Shown here one piece after another: positions 41,556-55,751 of a stretch of DNA of 64,000 nucleotides. The DNA is from Piromyces finnis finn (taxonomy: Eukaryota > Fungi > Neocallimastigomycota). The stretch lies in assembly GCA_002104945.1 (NCBI GenBank), contig MCFH01000014.1:496001-560000 (forward strand). The letters are read 5' to 3'. The notes under the pieces were generated by a model, which made no database searches, was not told where the DNA came from, and worked only from the letters and a program-made list of their open reading frames with translations. A program made the position numbers and the translations under genes. Every line of letters starts with the position of its first letter. The first letter of the stretch is position 1.

Positions 41556-44500
41556 TTACATTTGTCCCGATAAGATTTCTTCGATTGTACAATTAATAAA
41601 GTCTTTTTTGCCACTCATATCAATACCGAAATGTTCTGAAAGTTCTTCTCTAACTTGTTTTTTAGTAATTTTCATTAAATCAGAGTTATAAATAATATTT
41701 TGGATTTGTGCAACAATTTCTTCATCTGATGGGAATCTTGTGAATTCCATAGAATTTCTTTGACTTGGTGGAATAGAGCTAATCATTGACATATTTGGAT
41801 TTAATGTATTTGTGTTCATGCATTGATAAGCTGGAGCATTATATGAAGATCCAGCGTAAGCAGATTCAGCATAGAGTTGTTGCATTTGCATACTTTGTTG
41901 TGGCATAGCAGGGATTGATGGTGCATAAATGTCACTCTTTGCTCCAGTATGGTCTGAAAAGTCATCTAAACGAGAATCTTTTGTTGATTGTTCATATAAT
42001 TCTTGTTCATATTCATCCCATGTCTTTGTTGGAATCATAGAAAGTTTAAACTTTTCATTTTCTGGTAAAAATTCCTTCTTCTTTCCATCACCAACAACAA
42101 CACGTGTATTACCCCATGAGAAATCATCGAAATGCCAGAATGAGTATAGAGGAATAAATAAACCATATAATGGCATTGCCATTAAGTATATTATCATCCA
42201 ACCAACATGTTGCCATTGTTTCTTAAGTAAGAAGATAATAATTTGGAAACCGTACATAGATAAAATCAAAAGTAATGAAATAGTTGGTAATTTTTCTCCA
42301 CTGAAAATAATGTAATAAATTAAATAGGCCATATACATTAAGGTTACAGGTTGAATTAAGGTAGCGAATAAATCGATCATTACAACAAATCTTAATGAGA
42401 AACAACAGAAACCACATAATTGAGGAAGGAATAATAATTCAATTAAATTATGAACAGTTGAATTAATCCATCTACGACGTTGTGATAAAAGTACAGACCA
42501 TCTATCAGGAACATTAGTTTGACAAAGAGCATCAGGAGTAAATTTCAATTTCATTTGTGGGAAATGTTTCATCAAAAGAGTGGTTAAGTAACGATCTTCA
42601 CCAAGGGAAAGAAGATTCTTTTTGTGTAAGGTATCAACCTTGCATTCTGAATAATCTTCAATGATAGCATTTGAAATTAATAATGGAATTCTCTTAGTTG
42701 GAGTTCTTATTCTATACATTGAGAAACAACCTGGAAGACATGTAACAGATCCAAATAATGATTCAAAAGCCTTTGCAAGATGATGAGAAATAAAGTATTC
42801 ATAAACTTGAATCATTGTTACCCAACTATCCTTTTCATTTAATAATTGTGTTTCACCACAAATACCCATAATCTTAGAATCATGAATCATACATGAAACC
42901 ATTCTATTTAATGAATCAGGTTCGACTTGAGTATCAGCATCAACCATAAGAACATATTCATAGAAACTTGGATTAACACCAATAATATTCTTAATTTGAT
43001 GATAAAGTTCAAGTTCCATTGGTGTCATTGGAGAATTATTATGAACCTTTGAAAGGAAACGCATTAAGATCATTTGGGAATCACGCTTACCTCTATTACC
43101 AGGTCTAGAACGTTCAGATGGTGCACCAACCTTAACTACAACAATGAATGGAATTGATCTTCCTTGGCATTCATATAAACCAGAATATATCTTTGCCATA
43201 TTATATTGTTTCATACCTTTCATTAATTTATATAAGATTTAATTAATATTATATTTTACGATTATACTATTTTACGTTTTACATATTTTTCAAAAAAAAA
43301 AAAAAACATTTATTGAAAATATATATGCAATATTAAATTATTAATTACTAATTTAATCAATATACCTTCACCAATTGATTGGAATGCAAAAGATTCAGGA
43401 TCAACACTTGGATCTACACCTAATAAATCTAATACGATTCTTGGAGTAGGACGATCATTACCACTACCAATAATCATACCATCAGCAATAATGAATAAAA
43501 GTTTTCTTTTATCGTCATATTTAAGAATAGACAATGATTTAATTGTTCTTAATAATGACTCTTCATCTTCTGTATAACATGGTACTTGACAAATAACAAA
43601 CTTATCATGATCTTCTGGATCCTTTCTTGAACTTAATTGTAAAGCAGATAAGAATTTGACACCAATAACCATTACAATAATAAGTGAACCAATTAAAAGA
43701 ATATAATTTGTTAATTGGCATTTGAAGTCATTTCTATGATCTACTTTACCATAAAAGAAAAGATCACCCATACATCTCAAACATTGGTCAGGATGATAAT
43801 TTTCATAAGCAGGGTTTAATACATTATTACCATTCATAATATATTTAGTTCTATATTCTTCAAATTCCTTTGTAACATCCTTATTCTGGTTAGCTAATAC
43901 AACACTACCAAATTCACCTAAAAATGCAACTGGAGAATTGAAATAATTGGTTACATCATAAATATTTTCGTGAATAACAACATATTGAGGATAAGATTGA
44001 CCTCTAGATAAGTTTGGAGGAACATTTATAATATTTTTATTTTCTACAATCCAACCTTTGAAATAATTTTTAAGTAAGTAATGTACATAATCCTTCTTAT
44101 ATCCTGATTTTTCACCTTTTGGATTTGTAGGTGGTTCATCTTGTCTATGAATATATTGACCACTTTTAACATGACTTTTTCTCATACTTTCATAATTTTT
44201 ATATATATAATCCCAATCATTTGTTGGTTTTTCTCCAACCCCTAAACAATAAGATACACCCCATAAATCTAATGGTGACCAGAACATATATGTAACATCT
44301 CTACCAGCATAATCTTCTACTTGTTCAAAAATTCTATGGTTATTATTTTGGAAAAATTTTGTTACATCTAAATAACGACCATGTAAACCAACAAGCATAT
44401 TTTTATTTGTTGATCTAATATCTAATTCTTCATGTGTAAGCCAGTTTTTCTTTGGACAAATAATTTGACCTAAACCAACAATATAGAATAAAATACCTAA

Positions 44501-47407
44501 ATTCAATATTAAAATAATAAGATTTAAAGCAAACTTTTCACGCCATGCCATTTGAATATCTTTTCGAACCATTTTACCACATTTTGCTAAACAGCAATTA
44601 CAAATATAGAAAGTTAATAAGTAAGTACAGCATACCCATTGTTTACGAGCAGTTGTTGTATGTTGCTCTTCTTCCTCACTACTTTCTTCATCCTTTTTAA
44701 CTTCTTTATTTCCTAATATAGTTTCTCCACCAAGGGCTTCTGGATCAAAATCTTCATCACTTTGATATATCTCTGAGCCTAACTGAGATTCAGATTCTTC
44801 CATTGTACTTCCTTCAACATCTTCTCCCATTGCAATAGCTCTTTCATCTCCTTCATCATCTTTTATTATATATATATTATTAATTTATTTAAATTTAATT
44901 TGTTTTTTTTTAAATTTTAAAAAAAATAAATATATATATTCAATTTAAAAAATTACCATTATCTCCATCTTCCATATCTTTATGTTTTTCTGATTTTAAA
45001 GCATTTTCAACTGCTCTAACTTCATTATCTAAAATTTTCCATTGTTCCTCAGCAACGTATACTTTAGAATTACCTATTGCAAATTCTTTTTCTGACCAAT
45101 TGAAAATTTTAGCAAATTGAATACATTTTTCTTTTGGATCTGATTGATTTAATTCCATTGGTTGGATAATTGGGTTAAATATTTCAATGAATTCATCAAA
45201 GTTATAATAAGAAGTAAAATCGTATTCTCTTGCCTTTGCAACATCAATAATACCATAAAAGTCTATTTGTTTCTTTGCAAAATCAGTATCAAATTTATAT
45301 GAAGACATTTTTTGTGATTTATTTGGTTTAATACAATATACAAACCATGGATTTGTATTTGCCATTGTATCAATTACTTCATTAAGTGAATCATTTAATT
45401 GATTACCAATAGTTGGAATAATTTCACTAGTTGGCTTCTTTCTTCCATTCTTACGCTTAGTTGATGGTGCTCTTAATGGCTTTTGTGATTGTTGAGCCTC
45501 ACAAATATTAGATGCACCAGGTAATGACTTTGTGGTAACTGATTTTTCAGAAAATAATCCCTTAATAAAGTCATTACTTGAAGCTGGCATTTCTCCACTA
45601 CCCTTTAAAAGTGCAACAAAATCAGTATTCATATTGTCACTGTTACTTTTAATAAAGTCATTAACATTATAATCACAGTCACCGAAATAATGCTTAACTG
45701 AAAAACCTTCATTATTAAGTACTATAGAATTACTCTTTTGTTGCAATGGATCGAATTTAGTTAATAATCTTTGTGTATCTGGCTTGGATCTATTACATTC
45801 GCTATCCATTACGGAAAGTAAACTTTTACCATCAGTAAATAATTCAATAACACTTTTATTCCTTCCAAATGGAGTGTCAATATTTTCAATAGGTAATGGA
45901 ATATCAATATCAAGTCTTTGATATTTATAATCTTCAGATGGAATATTAAATAATTGTTGATTCGTAAATTGGAAAAGTTTTTCATTTGCGAAATTTGAAA
46001 GTAATTGATATAAATCTCCATCTTCGCAAATTGAAGTTCCACGGAAGTCCATGATACCAATAAAATTAGCAGTTTCTTCTTCTGTTTTACATAATTTTGT
46101 ATTAATATATTCAACAATCCAACGGAAAAGAAGAGAATATAATAATGATGCAAATTCATTTTTCTGTATTTCTGCATGTTCAGCAGTTAAAAATACTGTA
46201 CATAATTCTCTCTTAATCAACATTGTTTTATATGTTAAAATAGTTTCAAGATTTCTTGGATGAATACCTAAATATTCTGAAACAATTTCTAATTCATCTA
46301 AATTCTTTATTTGACATGAATCTTGTTGTGGATTTTGTGCATCAATGAAATGAATATTACCTATGTGTAAAATTGCTGCTAGAAGTTGGAAAATTTGTCT
46401 TTGTGTACGTCTACCAATACCAAGTGATTTTAAAGCAATTGCTAAATTTTCATAATTCTTTTCATCGGTTTGGTTAATGGCTCTTTCACCACTTAAATAT
46501 TCATATGTTGTTGAATCATCTAATCTCCAATATGACTTTTCAGCTTGGCTAGCACCAGCAAGTAAATAATAGAATACATGGAAATTTCTTTCATAGTCAT
46601 ATGAAGAATATAAATGATGTTTATCTAATATATAATCTAAGAATTTTGCACCAATGATTTTTCCATGTGAATTATATTGAACTTCTGTATATAATCCATA
46701 ATGAGAAGCATCTACATTATCCATAGTTTGTGAATTTCCAAATGCATTTAAAATTGTGTTAACATATTTTAATCCATTTTTAGTTTTTGATTTCTTTTTT
46801 CCTTTACTTATTTCACATAATTGGTTAATAATTAATTGACGACAGAATGTCTTTCCACTTCCAGATAAACCACTATATTAGATTAAGTTTTTTTTTTAAA
46901 TATATTTTTTAAATATTATAATGTAAATCGACAAAAAATGAAAATTATAAATATATTTCATAATATAATAATATAATGATATTATATATAGAAAAGAATT
47001 TTCTTAATATTTAATTTATAATAAATATATATATATATAGTATTAAATTATTTATTTTTATAATTAATTTATTACTTTAATATAATACTTTGATCTTCTT
47101 TATTTCGATGCATATGGAAATAGGCATTACAAACCATTTCAAATATGTGTGGTGATAATTTTCTTTTTCCTTCATTAGATGTATCTAATGCAATTTCTGT
47201 GTACTTTTCTAATGTTTCATCATTTGAGGACTCGACTTCTCTCATTGGATTTACTGAAAGCAGTGCATTTGACCCGATTTTCATATAAAATACTTCATTC
47301 ATATATAAGTCACGTAAATTATTTACGATTTCATCTTTTGATTTTCCCTCACAGTTAACCACGTTATCTATAATCATAGATAACATTGGTTTTCTTCCTC
47401 TAACCAT
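41556..47407 (-). CDS. Class V chitin synthase with N-terminal myosin motor-like domain, cytochrome-b5-like repeats, GT2 catalytic domain and DEK-C tail
   Basis: Five exons (introns ~46874-47076, ~44856-44958, ~43226-43346 region). Motifs: LLSVNP, P-loop [43 protein letters not shown] and [44 protein letters not shown], and the DEK-C motif [15 protein letters not shown]. Confidence 0.95.
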
Positions 47408-48127
47408 TTTGACTTATTTTTTTAATAAAAAAAAATAAAAAAAAGTATATAATAATTTATATAATGTAACCTTTCTATCTTAATTATATTATGTTAATAT
47501 ATATTGATAATCTTAAAAGAAGTTACTGTAGATATGTTATATTTCTAAATCTATTTAATAAATTGTTAATTATTTTATATAAATAATAATTAATAATTTA
47601 CTAAAATTAAACAAACAAAATAGAAAAAAAATAATATTAATAATAATGATAAAATCAATTTATATAATAAAAGGAAATAAAAAATAATTATATTTATTAA
47701 TAATTAAGGCAACTATATTCTATATATATTTAGAATTTTTTTTTTATTTTTAAATTGTTGCTTTTTATATATTTTAGGATTTTCACCTATTCAATAAGAA
47801 AAAATGAATAAACCTTAATTTTAAATAAAACTAATCTCATCATAATTAAAATAAAAATATGTTATTATTTAAGATGTTATAATGAAAAGAATTATAAATG
47901 AAACAAATTATTAATAAAATGTTCATTTTTTTTATTTATTAATTTTTCTGTTTTTTCAAATTTTTAAACCAATTATATAATATATAAATTATATAAATAT
48001 ATATTCTTTTTAAATTTTAATTATAATCCAAAAATCAAGTATATACATAAATTAATGATTTAGTGGAAGAATTCTATTTCTTATTATATTATGATTATAA
48101 TAAAAAAAGATAAATATAATATTTTAC

Positions 48128-48132
<5 letters not shown>

Positions 48133-48195
<63 letters not shown>
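48133..48195. repeat. (ATT)n microsatellite
   Basis: About 20 perfect trinucleotide units in the intergenic region between the chitin synthase and ORC6 genes. Confidence 0.95.
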
Positions 48196-48758
48196 GTCTA
48201 TTATATCTATTGTGTTTATTATTGTTATTACTTAGTATTACAGTATTAATACAATATAGAAATTTTTTAAGGACTAAAATACTTTTATGATATCTATGAT
48301 ATTTATGGTTTTATTATGTATATTTAATATTTTTTATTTTTTTAATATTTTATTATTATTTATATTACTTTATTTCATTCTATTTTTGAAATTGTATGTT
48401 AAAAGTATTACTTTTCTGAAGACATAAGATTATGATTATTAGTTTAATAAAATAAAAATATATGTGTGTATATAAAAATAGAAATTATAATAAAAGTTTT
48501 TATTAAATAATAATTGTACTATTAACCGAAAAAAAAAAAAAATATTATATATATATATTTTGATTTTTCAAATTATATAATTCAATTGAATATTATACAG
48601 TTGTCAGGATGAAAATAAATATCACTTATAAATATACATTATAAACACAAATATTGAAATCAATTTACAATATATATGATTCTTATACATGTAAATGTTT
48701 GAATAATATCAATTTATTTAATGGGTATATAATTAAAATAATTTAATATTCGAAAATG

Positions 48759-50164
48759 TTAAATTTTCAAATCCTTCAAAATATTATTTTTCCATTCACA
48801 GTAATCCTTCCACTTTTTACTATTATAAAAATCAACATTTGAAACCTGTTATAAATCAAAACAATATATAATAATAATTAATTTCATATAATTTATCTTT
48901 AAATATAAATAACATTTTCATTAGTATACTCACTGCACTATTAATACCATTAATATATTTTCTTTTTTTTGGAATTAAAGAAGCATCTTGGCTAAATAAT
49001 TTATTATCGTCTATTACCATAACAGGGCTATCATTATTATCTGATTTCAAAATAGTTATATTATCTTGGAGTTTTAGAGGGTCGATTAAACTGTCAATAT
49101 TTTCTTTATTTTTTAGTAGAGTTTTCTTTATTATTTGATTTTTAATATCACCTGTACTTTTTCCTAATAAAAATTTAAATCATATTAATTTTTTTTTCTT
49201 CTTTTGTTACTTAATAATTATATTATCCTATTAATTATATTTTAATGTCTTTACTTCTTTTGTTTTCTTTTTCGTCTAATTTATTACTATTAATCTGTGA
49301 AACTCTTCTTCCCTTTTTTTTAAAATGTTTTTTATGATAATCTTCAATAAATGTGTTACAATATTGATTCATTAAAGATTGAATATCTTTAAATCTTTTT
49401 GTTGTAATTTTTGCTATTGAAATTATTCTATTCTTATCTATTGTAATCTAATGAATATATATCATAATTAAAATGAATGTTTAAAAAAAAAAAAAATGTA
49501 ATATAGTAATGAAATTTACCCCTGTATTATACATTATTAAATAAAATGCTGCAGAAACAAATTCCACACTACCCCAATTCATATTTTTTTTATCCTGCTC
49601 TGATAAAATTTCACCATAATTATTTTTAAATTCTTGAAGTAATTGTTTAACAGTTGGAATTAAAAATGTGGAACCAAAATAATTTCCTAGAGATTCTGGT
49701 GTAACCTCTGGTATGGATATATTCAGTGTATTTTTAATAATAACATATAACTTTTGATAATCTTTCATAATTCCTCCTGCTAATTTTACACCCTGTTTTC
49801 TTTCAAATGGAATAAATTCATTTCTATTTCTGAAATATATATATATTAATTTACTAATATTAAATACCAATATTATAAAAATTGAATTTCAATCCTAATT
49901 TGAAATCCCATTTTAATAAATCATTCATTTAATTATATTCTTTTTATATATTATATGTAACAAAGATTATATTTTAACTTACGTCTCACAAGCTAATTCA
50001 CAACAGGCAACTTCAATTAGTCCAACACATTTTGTTTTAGGTAATTGAGATTGAATTCTTCTAAAATATTCGCCTGCTAATTCTCTTGTCTTTTTTGATG
50101 CATCAATATTTAATCTCTGAAATAATAAATCTGTCTCTGGTTGAATTGTTTCATTTAAATACAT
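48759..50164 (-). CDS. ORC6: Origin recognition complex subunit 6
   Basis: TFIIB-like N-terminus (RELAGEYFR..ACCELAC; KLAG..KDYQKLYVIIKNTLNI; FVSAAFYL). The last exon, VSNVDFYNSKKWKDYCEWKNNILKDLKI*, matches the Orc6 C-terminal DYEEWK..IL helix. Confidence 0.8.
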
Positions 50165-50473
50165 TGTTTAATTTAATTATATAAATATAAAAAAAAAGTA
50201 AAAATACTAAAATAATCAATTTAAATTGCTTGTGAAATAAAAAGTAAATGATGTGTCTTTTTAAATAAGACAATTAATTTTTATTAGTTTTTCTTATTAT
50301 TTAATACTACTCTTCTTTAACCAATATATTTTTTATATTAAAAAATTAAAAAAAAAAATGCACATATATTTATGATAAATTTTTTTTTTTTTATTTTTTT
50401 TTATTTATGAATAATAAAAATTAAAAATTATAGAAATATTAAATTGTAATTCATTTTGTTTTAAACGAGAAAT

Positions 50474-52429
50474 TTATAATAAAAGAAGGTATAAAAAAAA
50501 CATAAATATAACACCTATTAAAACAATAAATATGGCAACTGCTGTTGAAATCCATATTTTAACTAATAAGAAAGCAAAAAGGAAATATGCAGCTAATAAC
50601 CATTTAATTCCACTACTAAATACATTCAATGTATCGTTTGTAGCAGTATCATCAAAGAATGTATAATTAATAAATGAAAGTAATGGATGTTGAATAGCAT
50701 TAACTGCGTCTCCATTTGTAGTTACAGTAGTTGGATTAGTAGAAAGGGTAAACAATATACTATCTTTTTCTTCTAATGCATTTTCTTTAAAATATGTTCT
50801 TACATCTCTTCTCATTAAGAAATCATCGTCTGTTGCGTAAAATTCAGCCTTAAAAACTACAGTATTTTCATCTTCTTCTCCATCATTTATTTGAGTTTCT
50901 TGTTCGTCAACTTCAACAACGTTTAAAACTTCATAGGAATAATTTCTACCAATAACTTTTCTTTTACGATAATCATAATCATCAGATTTTCTTCTCATCT
51001 TTGGAGCAATAGAATCACAAGTTTCTTCATTAGTAGTTTTCATAATATTGTCATTGGCGAAGGCTTCTGGTTTCATTATTAGTTTTAATTGACTACGTTT
51101 ATATGTTTTTTCTTTAGTTAGTTTAGGAAAACCAGCAACTTTAATAACTTTTTCAAGATTTCTGTGAGCAATGGATGCTAGATCATCTACATGGTATACA
51201 GGCATAGTATGATGACGGTCATGACTAGATATGCCCTTTAAATTAGCTGTTCGGTAAAAATCAACTAAATCTGATTTTAATATTTCTTCCTTTGATCTAT
51301 TAAAGTTCAAATGATTAATAAGACTTAATGGAGATGTTAAGTCTACTGGTTCTTTTATAATATTTTTATTTAATGAAGAAGATGATGTTTCAGAAACTTT
51401 TTTGAAAATAGATTTTGCATAGTCCTTTTTAATTACGAAATAGTGAACATCACCTACAATTATCATATTATTTAATGGCTTTATTTAAAGTTAATCCCAA
51501 AAAATACAAAGGCATCACACCCAAAAGCAAGAGCAATAATAATAATGAATTCGCATATATAATATATAATTGATTATAAATAATAAATAATTAAATAAAT
51601 ATATAATATTTTAATGTTTTTATATTTTTTAATAAATATTATAGTTTTATAAAAGTATTTAGTCATATTACGTTTTTTGCTTGCATTCTATGTAATAAAG
51701 AGAGTTCTGGTTGAGTTTTAAATAAAACTTTATTTATATGGTGGGCATCATAATAAGAATAGAAATATTTATTATTTGCGCTAGGGTCTGCTGTTTTAAT
51801 TCTTGCAATAATAAAGTCCTTATTTTTACTAGCATACATATATATTAAGTCTTTAAATGTTTCTAAAGTAAATGGATCTTTTTACGAATGCCATATAAAC
51901 GAAAATAAAGAAAATAATAAAGAATTACATTAGGAATAATGTGTGTTAAAATTCAATTTTTTTAACAACCAAATATAACAATTATAAGTTAAAAAAAAAA
52001 AAAAAGATAATAGTATTATTATAAATAAAATTTACCCTCGTTATTTCCATTAATTTTATCGATGAATTTATCTTTATCAATTTCATATTCTCCTGAAGGA
52101 ACACACAATTCATCAGATGTAGGACCACCATAAAATTTTAACATGGATTCAGCTTCAAATGGTGATGGGAAAGCTGATGAATAAGATGGTCTTGCACTAT
52201 TTAGTACATTTTCATTTTCACTTTTTTCAATATTGGTATCTATTGTTAATGTACATGATGGAATATATCCATTATCTGGGGTAGTTTGATTTTGATTTTC
52301 ATAAGTACTTTCATCGTCTGTGGGATCGCCTTCTATATCATAAATATTTAATCTGATATTATTATCATGACTAGAATTGTCTGATAATAAAGGCTGATTT
52401 TCATGATTTGGTTCTCTAGGAATATTCAT
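50474..52429 (-). CDS. Uncharacterised membrane protein resembling DUF5092 (3 exons)
   Basis: Spliced sequence: DPFTLETF..FIIARIKTADP..YSYYDAHHINKVLFKTQPELSLLHRMQAKN/PLNNMIIVGDVHYF..KAEFYATDDDFLMRRDVRTYFKENAL, with C-terminal hydrophobic helices. The family name is from memory, not from a search. Confidence 0.6.
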
Positions 52430-53260
52430 TTTTATTAATAAATATTTTAAATTGATATTTGTTTATCAATAATAGAAACTTGATAATAAAATATTTATAC
52501 GTTAAAATAATAGACTTTTTCTTTTATTAACCTATATTGAATCATTTAAACTATCACATTTATTTTCAAAATGCAATAAAATATTAAAAGAGAAAAAAAA
52601 TGAAAAATAAAAAAAAAAAAAAAAAGAATAAAATTTAAAGAATAAAATTAAAAGGACAATAATAATATACTATAAAAATAAATAAATAGGAAGGAAATAA
52701 TAAAATATATTATAATAATAATAATAATAAAAGAAAAATAAACAATATAATATATTTAATTATCATTATTATTAATTAATACATTATAATAATTTAATTA
52801 TCATTATTAAAAAGAATATTTTTTTTTATTTTATTTTTTATTTTACTTTATTTTCTAATCTTAAATAAATATGTGGATAGAACTTTAAGATATATTTAAA
52901 AAATAATATTCACCAATAATTTTATTTAAAAATTGATTAAATACTAAGCATCAACCATAAATTAAACCAAATAAATGTTACATTTAATTTAACTTTAAAT
53001 ATTTAACAGCAATTTTGAATTTTAATGTTTTTCTTTAAACTAATTCGGGAGATAAAAATAAAATAATTATTATATAGGGTATATATATATATCTATATAC
53101 ATTTTTATAACTATGATATCATGATAGAATTGGATATTACAAAGATAAAAAATGAAAAAGAAGCTGATTAAATATATAAGTATTTTTTTTTTTTAATATT
53201 GCTATTTTAATTATCATTGTTAAATAATATATATTATTATTATTATATTTATAAATAGTT

Positions 53261-53367
53261 CCACAATAAAAGATTATAAAAGATTATTTTTTAGTATTAT
53301 TTTTTTATTACCACAATAAAAGATTATAAAAGATTGTTTTCTAGTATTATTTTTTTTCTATCACAAC
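53261..53367. repeat. Tandem duplication with a 50-bp unit (2 copies plus the start of a third)
   Basis: CCACAATAAAAGATTATAAAAGATT..TAGTATTATTTTTT.. occurs at 53261 and 53311, with a degenerate TCACAAC at 53361. Confidence 0.9.
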
Positions 53368-53863
53368 TTTATTATAGTTTCTATAATAAATGATTATATA
53401 GATTTTTAAAAAGTATTTTAATAAACAAAATTTTAATTTTAGCTTACCTTAAATAAAGATTATAACTTTTTTTTCTTTTTTTATTAAATATATAATATAA
53501 TATAATATTACATCGTTAATTAAAGAATATAGAAATGTACTACGCAATGAATACTTTTAATATATGTAAATATGTATAAGAAAAGATATATATAAAAATG
53601 TTTTATTTTACTTTTAAAAAATATATATAAAAAACTTTAAAATCATATAAATCTAGTAAAAGTAAGAAAACCTTTTTTAATTTTTATTTTCAAAAGATTT
53701 ATTTTTTATTTTATTTTTTGTTATTATTAAGTTGTGTTAGTTTATTGTTTTATTGTTTTTTGTATATATAACTTTTAGAATTTTATATATATATATATAT
53801 ATATATATTTTTTTATTTAGCAATACTTGCATTTATCATATCTAATCTATGTTCCTATCATAA

Positions 53864-53965
<102 letters not shown>

Positions 53966-54115
53966 GCTTTTTTTTTTTTTTTTGGCATTTATAAATTTAA
54001 CTCTATTCTTTTTAACATTTTTTAATTGATATATAATAATAAAATAGTTTTTTATTTTATTTTCTTTTTTATTTTTGGTATAATTAAATTTATATATCTG
54101 TTAAAATTAATAAAA

Positions 54116-55751
54116 TTAACGATGTTGAACAGGGAAAATTCTAATAAATAAGATAGTAAATATAAACATTACAAATACAATTAATAATATTAAATATATG
54201 AACCATTTGGTTTTCTTTGTTGATTTTAAAAGAGATTTTAATTTTTTTCCTTCACGTTGAACATGTGCTACATTTTCTGTTAACAAGGTATCTGCCTCTT
54301 CTCTAACCTAAATATGATTAATATATATTAGTAAAAGAAAAAAAAACTTTTTTTTTTTTGAAAATTTAATTCTAGCTGAAAAAATTTACCTTTTCATCTT
54401 TATGTAATAAATCAGTAAAAGCCAATGAGTTAGCCTTTAATGTAGCAGCCAATTTAACTAAATCATCCGTATAACCTTCCTGTATTTTCTTTTGATTTGC
54501 AATTAAATTCTTTACTTCATCATGATCAACATTGTCATCATCTTCATCTTCATTACGCTTATACAAACTTTTTTTTTATTATTTATTATTATTATTATTA
54601 TAAAAATCATAATTTAAAAAAATTAACAGATAAATTTTTAAAATTATTTAAACTATTATTATTATTTTGATAAAATAAATCATTACCCTCTTTGTCTTAT
54701 AGTTGTATTTGTATTTGACGTTGATAATAAATCTATATAAATATTAAATGAATAAGTGATTTTCTTATTTTAATAACTTGTTTTAAAATGTAATGTAAAT
54801 AATACCATTTCTTAAATCTTCTGCAGATGGAACACTGTACTTTTCTTCTTTTAGTGGCTCTGGTACCTTTATCAATTAAATTTATTTTATTTCATTATAT
54901 ATTATATTAGGATTTTATTAACATTATGATTTTTGAATATGTCTAATTAAAATTTACTTCAAATAACTCATTCTTCATCTTCTTTTCCGCTTTTCTCTGT
55001 ATTAAATATTCAAATGATTCATCAATAGAATTACCAAAATTCATTTTTTGATTTTTTGAATAATTCTTTTTGGCCGCAATTTTCTTTTTTTATTTAACAT
55101 GTTATTATTTATTTGTTGATAATTTTTAATAAGTGAATATAATATATATAATAATAAGTATACAAATAAATATGAATATAATTTATAAAATTTATAATCA
55201 TTTTTAAATTTCAAATTTGAAATGTTGAAAGAGAGAAAGAGATTAATTTAAAGTTTAATTGTTTCATTAATATTCATAATATTATACCATTTTATCTTGG
55301 TCAATTAATAAAGATAATTGGTCAATTTTATTTGAAATTTCACAAATTGTAGTTGCATCAATTTCATTACTATTAAAATATATAATTTATTTATGGAGAA
55401 AATTTAATGAAATGTCCATTTAATATATAAGTAGTTTATATTATATATTTTATCCATATTTATACTTGTCATTTTCTGTTTTTATTTCTTCAAGATATTG
55501 TCTCATCATTGAAATATTCTTTTATATTTAAAAAAAAAAAAAAAAATGAAATAGTATTATTAAGTATGAAGCAAGTAAAATAAAATTCTTTTTGTAAAAA
55601 TAATAATAATTTAAAAAAAAAAAAAAAAACATACGGAATGACAGCGAACAAGTTCCATTCCTTTCAAATCTCCATTGCTTTCTTTAATTGTATTTTCAGT
55701 TTTGACAATAAGTCTCTTAATATTTACAAACTTTTCTTTTATCATCTTCAT
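54116..55751 (-). CDS. USE1: ER Qc-SNARE Use1 (multi-exon, C-terminal TM anchor)
   Basis: N-terminus MKMIKEKFVNIKRLIVK. SNARE helix QKKIQEGYTDDLVKLAATLKANSLAFTDLLHKDEK. C-terminal anchor KKTKWFIYLILLIVFVMFIFTIFIIRIFPVQHR*. Confidence 0.8.

Noticed and set aside
41929-46263. Short ORFs overlapping the chitin synthase (41929, 42223, 45809, 46051)
   Set aside because: They are frame or strand shadows of a well-supported gene.
17740-50325. CCAAT-box-like words upstream of YTM1 (17740, 18098), QNS1 (30550), chitin synthase (47967) and ORC6 (50319), and an RRPE-like AAAAATTTCA near YTM1
   Set aside because: These short AT-rich words are expected at about this frequency by chance, so they cannot be supported without conservation data.
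53261-53367. 50-bp direct repeats considered as a CRISPR-like array or transposon end
   Set aside because: The copies are head-to-tail with no spacers. There are no cas genes, terminal inverted repeats or target-site duplications, and the context is eukaryotic. This is a simple tandem duplication.
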